Of a stretch of 64,000 nt of DNA, positions 55,863 to 64,000 are shown piece by piece. The notes under the pieces were generated by a model that saw only the letters and a program-made list of their open reading frames with translations, searched no databases and had not been told where the DNA came from. A program made the translations under genes and the position numbers. Every line of letters begins with the position of its first letter. Positions within the stretch are counted from its first letter, which is position 1. This DNA is from the human T2T-CHM13v2.0 reference genome, Homo sapiens. Location of the stretch: the NCBI RefSeq assembly GCF_009914755.1, contig NC_060930.1; one strand, written 5' to 3'.

Positions 55863-55963
55863 CAATGGTTTTATGAATGGGTGTTTGTGCTTTCTCATCC
55901 GAAAGAAATCTTTGTTCTTTTTTATTTACTGGTGCTGTGCTAAGTGCTGAGTCTCTGGCATCA
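55863..55963 (-). other. candidate 101-nt exon
   Basis: Acceptor cttgtgcactgttacAG (ends 55964) and strong donor TTG|GTAAGC (55862). The 5' part loosely resembles an L2 3' end, so it may be repeat-derived. Confidence 0.4.
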
Positions 55964-56849
55964 CTGTAACAGTGCACAAGATACATCAAAGACACACTTT
56001 ACAGAGGTGCACCGGGCAGGGTTTTTGTATATTTCATGTATTTACCCACTGTTTTTTCCTTTACAGCAATCCCAATTTTTGCACATACTGGACTTTAATT
56101 TCTTGTAGGATTTTTCAGGTAACAATTTCACTGTCTAATATAATACAGTGAACCCTGTGAGGCCTTCATCAATATTAATTGAATTATGAATGTGTTCCAA
56201 AGATCCTATCCTTTTGTTTATTTAAACTATTGACGATGAAGGTTACACTGTACCACTCTAAACTTTGAGGCTGATAAGCTCTCTGGTCTCCAGATATCTT
56301 TGTTATCTTTTTCTACAACTGCTGAGCTATATAGATGCTTTCTGAAATTTCCAGTTTCCATATTCACAGATGGCAGTAGTTTCAAAAGTAGGCAGGAGAA
56401 AGTTTTCAATAGATTCTTTTCTTACTTGCTCTCTTTAAGGCAGAAAACATTTGGGTGTTGCAGTGGAAATCCCATATCAAACATGTTAACTCCCCCTAAG
56501 ACTTAGAAATACCTTAAGTCCTCAGAGATATGAAAGAAAATTCTGGCCTGTTACTCTTTAAATCAAGTTCATAATTGACAATAAACTCCCAAGATTCTGA
56601 TGACTTTTTCTTTGAAGCTGAAAAGGTATAATTAAAATTCAGACAGACGGGGGAAATAGTATAAATATCCTGAAATGGCTTGAAGAAGAGAAAAGATCAA
56701 GTTCTAAAATGATTAAAACAAAGGTTTTTTGAGGAACCATCCTATGAGAGGTTTTTGAGACATGTAAACATGCTTTAGGAGCTTAACAATCTACCAAAAA
56801 TTCACAGTAAGAAACTGATGTGTATTTGACTTAAAATAAGTTTGTGACG

Positions 56850-57500
56850 AGTGTGCAGAAGGAACCTTACCAAGGAGTTGAAGTTTGAATTTGGTCTCAG
56901 AACTTGAGTGGGATTTCAATAGGTATGAAAAGGGCGACAGGTGCTGCTGGCAGAGGAGGAGCACCCGAAAGGCCCTGAGAAGCAGAAGTGCACAGCAGGC
57001 CCAGGTGCCAATGAAGGGTTCAGTGGACGGGACTGAGGAGGCGTGTGAGGACAAGGACATGAGGCTGGAAAGTCAAGTGGTACTGCGAAGACCCTGGATG
57101 CTGTGCTGAGTCATTTGAATGTAATTCACGCATGGGGGAAGCTGCTGGAAGTTTGAAAGCAGAAGAGGTTTGACCTGATTTGTGTTTTAAGGTCATATGC
57201 TGAGGCAACTTGAAATGTAGACCAGAAGGATGAGTTTGGAGCACATTCCATGAAAAGTGGATAATGAGACCCTGCACTGGGGCAGCAGCAACTGGATTGG
57301 AGACCAAATCCATGGTTTCCTTTTCTGAGATAGAATCAGCAGAGTTAAGGACGCTAGCTAGATATGAGGTATGAGTCAGAGATGCCTCAAAAGGGGCAAC
57401 CAGCATGAGACACCAATGGCCAGTGATGACATTGAAATGGGGCTAAAGCAAGCAGGCAGGGAAGGTTTGAGGAAGCACAGTGATTAAATCGCACTGAATA
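56850..57500 (-). mobile_element. L2 LINE fragment
   Basis: ggcagaggaggagcacccgaaaggccctgag ... gaagtttgaaagcagaagaggtttgacctgatttgtgttttaaggtc. Confidence 0.75.
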
Positions 57501-57515
57501 TGTCTAAAAAAGAAA

Positions 57516-57807
<292 letters not shown>

Positions 57808-58471
57808 AAAGGAGATACTTATTAAACTATGTCAAGACTAGCAACTACGGTAACATAAGTCAAATTACAGAATGAACTCTTACTCTTCATAACAGCCTGG
57901 TGAGGACATTAAGCAACACCACCCTCCCCCCGGATGTGGATGATGACTGGCCAAACTGAGGGCTCCTAGCCACCCTCCCTGTGCACACAGCACCAGGCCA
58001 GCTATCACAAACACCTCTCCTTCTCTCCCTTAGGGTTAGCCCATTCACTGATATTTCCCAGCCTCTGGATGTAAAATGTTTAACTTTAGGCCAAGCAGAA
58101 TAAAAGAAATGAGATGGGAACAAGCATGCTGCATGCTGGGGAACCAGAGTCTCCACTCATTCCACAAAACACTGGTGAGACAGGAGTTAGGAGACAGCTT
58201 TTTGTGACCCAGATAGATGGGAGCCTCACTCCCCATCTTGGAAATGTAACATGGAACAAACCTACATCTCCACTTCCTTAGGTGGCATTTGCATGTTTAA
58301 AGGAATAGGAAGATGGACACATTTGTCCCTAAAGCATTAACTCTCACTTCAACAGCTCATTCCTTTAAAAGTGTGAGTGACTTTGAAAATATGGGCAGCA
58401 AACTGTGCAGAGCAGATTTTTAACAATAATTCTTATTCACTTAAGAATTACGTACTTCCTTCTTCCTCTCC

Positions 58472-58772
<301 letters not shown>

Positions 58773-58952
58773 TGCTTCTTCTCCTTTTTAACCACTCCTA
58801 ATCGTAGGAGAGAGAGGGTTGAATTGCCTTCTACCCAGAGACATCTTTGACTGATTTAGTATCTAGGAGGAAAGGTAGGGGTGGGGGATAGACTAGAAAG
58901 TGAGGTGGCATTATTTATTATTTAGTGGCAGGCTCTAAGGTAGCAGTTGTAG

Positions 58953-58992
58953 TACACACACACATGCACACACACACATGCACACACACACA
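58953..58992. repeat. interrupted (CA)n microsatellite
   Basis: acacacacacatgcacacacacacatgcacacacacaca. Confidence 0.9.
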
Positions 58993-59009
58993 TTTTTAAC
59001 AATTTAAGT

Positions 59010-59110
59010 ATGTGCAGCCTGTCAGGTTAGTATTATTATTCCCATTTTATAGACAAAGAAACTAAGACTCGGAAATGTTAAGTAACTTGCTCAAAGACAC
59101 AGTTATGTGA
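59010..59110 (-). mobile_element. MIR core
   Basis: attattcccattttatagacaaagaaactaagactcggaaatgttaagtaacttgctcaaagacacag. Confidence 0.85.
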
Positions 59111-60040
59111 TGATATTTACTAAGAGGTAACCTTTACTCCTGCGGCTCAGGTTTCCCTATTTTCCTGGCCTCTCTTCTCAAGTTTAACTTACTCTTCTCC
59201 CTGGTGCATTTGAAACAAGAAAGCAGAGGAGCTTTCCTTGTCCCTCCTCTCTCATTCTTTTGGATTCAGGCTGCCCCAGGAAGTACCTATATTCTTTGCC
59301 TATCTCTAATGTCATTTTAAGCAGAGCAGGCCCCTTTCAGGAAGAGTCTCCTTCCTTCTGAGTGACAAAGTAGCAAACCCACTTGGCTGCCGATCTACAG
59401 CCACATCTTCCAAACAGCTTTTGCAGTAATGAGGCTGAGATTTTTATTTCCTTTGGTCTGGTTCCTGTGTCTTCTTAATTTTGTCAAATAGCTCAGGGTG
59501 GGGAAGAGACGTATAACATACTAGCCCCCTGAGAACCCAACAGTAATCAGGCAGCTCTGATATTTGAACCCATATTGGCCTGACTCTAAAGCCCACACAT
59601 TTTTGCTTTCACCGTGTGGTAAAATGTTTGATCACAGAGTGCACTATTGTTGTGCACGCATGTGCTGCTGCAGAATGGGGATATGTCTGAACACGATCTG
59701 GGTGCTGAATTTTCTCTTTACTAAGTGTGCATATGGAAGACTCTGTGGGAAGATTTTCCTATCTTTGGTCTGGGTGGAAACTTAGCAGAAATAGAGGCAG
59801 CATTCAAATCACCTCGGACATTCCGTTCTACTAATGTCCCATGGAAGGTTCTCAAGGTCCTTGGAATTGAAGATTAACTAGGAAAGGTACTGGAATACAT
59901 TCTTTTTCTCCCTTCCTTGAACCATAAGGGTCTAATACCAAAGCTATTATGGTCATTTCAGAATTTCTAGCCATCAATTCTTAACATAGGACAGGACACC
60001 CGAAACACCTGTGAACAGCAAGGTATGTGGACCAGGTTAG

Positions 60041-60460
<420 letters not shown>

Positions 60461-60673
60461 TAGAAATGGTTTAAGGTTCTGAATTAGATGCTCATACAGA
60501 AGAGGATATTTCTGGCTAGCTGCTGACTGTTCTCACGTTGGCCATGAAAACACCCTACCCTATAGGTAAATGCTTTATATTCTGACAATTCTGACAAAAC
60601 TAAGCAATTGGGGATGCTTAGTTTTGAAAACTTCTGAAAAATCCTCCCTAGGGTTAAGAAAGTAGGGCAAGGT

Positions 60674-60735
60674 GAAGAAGAAGAAGCAAGAAGAAGAAGA
60701 AGAAGAAGAGGAAGAGGAAGAGGAAGAGGAAGAGG
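60674..60735 (+). repeat. (GAA)n / (GAGGAA)n polypurine repeat
   Basis: gaagaagaagaagcaagaagaagaagaagaagaagaggaagaggaagaggaagaggaagagg. Confidence 0.95.
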
Positions 60736-62824
60736 GATGTCTTATAACAGGGATACAATCTGAAGAGAGGCTAATGAGAGGACAGATACAAAGGTAGGGA
60801 GTGATGAAGAAATCACCATTTGTCTAGGTCACGTGGCTCAATTCTGAACAATTCACGGAGGTGAACATGAGTCTCTGCAACTTCATTTGCTTGATTTTTT
60901 AATCTAGGTCCTGAAACCTAGCTGTTGAGGAACCAGCTACTCAGCAGACTGACCTATGATATTTGATGATCAACTTAAATGTTCCCTTATAACATTTCTC
61001 ATTTCATTTTATTTCAGGCTATGAAGGCAATTCAAACAGAGGAAGGGAAATATCTGCTAAGGCAAATACCAGACAACCCAGACCTTCTTGCCTAGAGTAG
61101 GTGAGGGAGAAAAAGAAGGAAGCAGGATATGCTTTTTCTATAAACTGCATTTTCTATAGGTGTCTTTGTGTTCCATTTTCTAGTGAGTAATGGTTAAACT
61201 GTTTGGCAGACTAACATCCATGGAAAAGTGGAGATCGCTTAGTATTTCTGCAAAATGATAGGCCAGAAGAGAGCTACGGTGCCGTACAGAATCTGAAGTT
61301 AGCTCCACAAGTCTCTCTCCTGTCATCTAAAATCTCTTTCATTAAGCCAAACATGCCCCTTCATTTCTGGGAGAGCCCAATGTAAGTTAATAAATGTATT
61401 GAGACAAGTGAGTTGAGAGACTACACATATAGGACACATTTGAGGGGCTGAAGCTGACCTCCATCTGGAGGCACAAAACCTGTAAGATTCCACAAACTGC
61501 CAGACCCACGAACAGTAATCCTTAAATGAAATTCATCGTTCAGCAGAAAAACAAGTTAAGGACGGTAATTCAATGGTAGACAAAACAGGCCGGAACAGGT
61601 TCAAATGCTGCATATTTCACAACAGAGCTTAATTAAAACAGGACTATGAGGCTGTTAATTGCATTATAATACTTCAGCATGAAATTAGGTCTGATGTGAA
61701 TGTCCTTACAGTGGAGTTGTTTATGTTATTATAATTACACAGTGGTACATAGATTGAGTGCATAGATACATTTTTAACAGCTCTTGAGTGGATTTCTTTT
61801 CTTTCCTCTTTTAAATTTGCACTCAGTTTCCAAGTATGGAAAGTCAGCAAGAGGGAACCAGGGTCAGGAAATTAGGTCATACTGGATGATCTGGTTGGTC
61901 TCCTGTGTATTTAAAGCTTAGAACTCCAAATAAGTTATGCCTTGATGATCGTGATTTTATTCACTATTTCTTTAGGAGCAAACAATTCATTAAAAAACTG
62001 GTCTCAGTAAAATGGACATAAATGCTTCATTTTGTCTTAGAAAGTGATGACATCCTGTGGAATTAATGAATCCAAATGCACGCTTATGACTGTGTCTGTG
62101 GTTCCACGGTATCATATATTCCAGTATTTTAAAAAGTAAAAAAAAAAAAATAACAAAAAAACACCAAAGATTAGTGTCTAGTAAAAAATGCTAACTCCTG
62201 TTCACAAAATATAATAACAGACATAACAGGAATTGATTTTCCAAATGGTAAAAATGAAGGCTCTTCCTAGATCCAGCCATAGTATCCACTTTTTGGTCAA
62301 GAACTTAGCTGCTTTATATTAGAATCTTGCCTATGACCTTGACTTAAACACTGAAACCTTGGATAGCATCAGATATTTGGGAAACATATGCATATTTGAT
62401 ATTTTCAACCTTCATCTTGTTATTTTGATTTCTGTGCATTCTATGTATGTCAGCAATATTGCACATTGTTGCTTCGGAATAAAAAACACAAAAAATTAAT
62501 AGAAGATGATCTACAAATAAATTAGGTAAGTAAAATGATTATGCCTTGATGTTTCATTCTTTAACATAACCATTTTAAGGGTATAGAACAAGCACTTAAG
62601 TAAATTTGAGCCAATTTAGAGAAAGGCAGTAAACTATGTTGCAATGCCAGAAAGCTATACTTCTAAATAAAATTACTTGTGCTTAAGTTAGATAGAAATT
62701 ATGTAATTTTGAGGAAAGTTAATGTATATCCATATGTATTTGTACACACATTATACAATAAGTTCTGTTATCATGAACATCTCAAATTTTGGTAACCAAC
62801 AATTTTACATCCTGCATCTGTTAG

Positions 62825-63178
<354 letters not shown>

Positions 63179-63345
63179 TGAAACCTCCTAGGAAACCACA
63201 ACGACTTGACTTCTGGTTATGACATTTTTAAAGCTTTTAGAAATAGGAATAAATGCAAGGCATTTCATGAAAGTAGAAAGTCACAGATTTTAACAGTATT
63301 TCCAAGGCTTTTGCTTGTAAATATGCATGCAAATGTTAATAGTAG

Positions 63346-63761
<416 letters not shown>

Positions 63762-63806
63762 GCACTGGCTACAAATATGAACAATGGATTAAGAAGGTGA
63801 AAACAG

Positions 63807-64000
63807 GGCCAGGCCTGGTTGCTCACGCCTGTAATCCTAGCACTTTGGGAGGCCAAGGTGGGTGGATCATCTAAGGTCAGGAGTTCAAGACTAGCCTGGC
63901 CAACATGGTGAAACCCCGTTTCTACTAAAAATACAAAAATTATCTGGGTGTGGTGGTGGATGCCTGTAATCCCAGCTACTTGGGAGGCTGAGGCAGGAGA
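63807..64000 (+). mobile_element. AluS (Sx-like), runs off the window end
   Basis: ggccaggcctggttgctcacgcctgtaatcc ... aggtcaggagttcaagactagcctggccaacatgg. Confidence 0.96.

Overview
This is primate (human-like) nuclear genomic DNA, AT-rich and CpG-poor, not a prokaryotic locus. It carries about 20 Alu elements (J, S and Y lineages), two 5'-truncated L1PA copies, and many older L2, MIR, MaLR/ERVL and hAT remnants. Almost all supplied ORFs are chance ORFs or Alu/L1 artefacts. No rRNA, tRNA or CRISPR array is present, and I found no novel multi-gene system. The best non-repeat signal is the apparent 3' end of a spliced minus-strand transcript: candidate exons 55963-55863 and 55532-55327, then a ~1.9 kb terminal exon from 51123 to a poly(A) signal at 49272-49267. 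These can be joined into a 106-aa ORF that I do not recognise. A weaker convergent plus-strand transcript end lies at 568-3445. Structural oddities include a ~310-bp templated duplication (29623-29932 / 32283-32595), an L1PA3-like copy without a TSD, an AluY with clustered A-to-G changes next to a closely spaced inverted Alu, and a G-quadruplex plus CTCF-like motif on a candidate 3' splice site. Repeat subfamily names come from remembered consensus features and need RepeatMasker confirmation; boundaries of old repeats are approximate.
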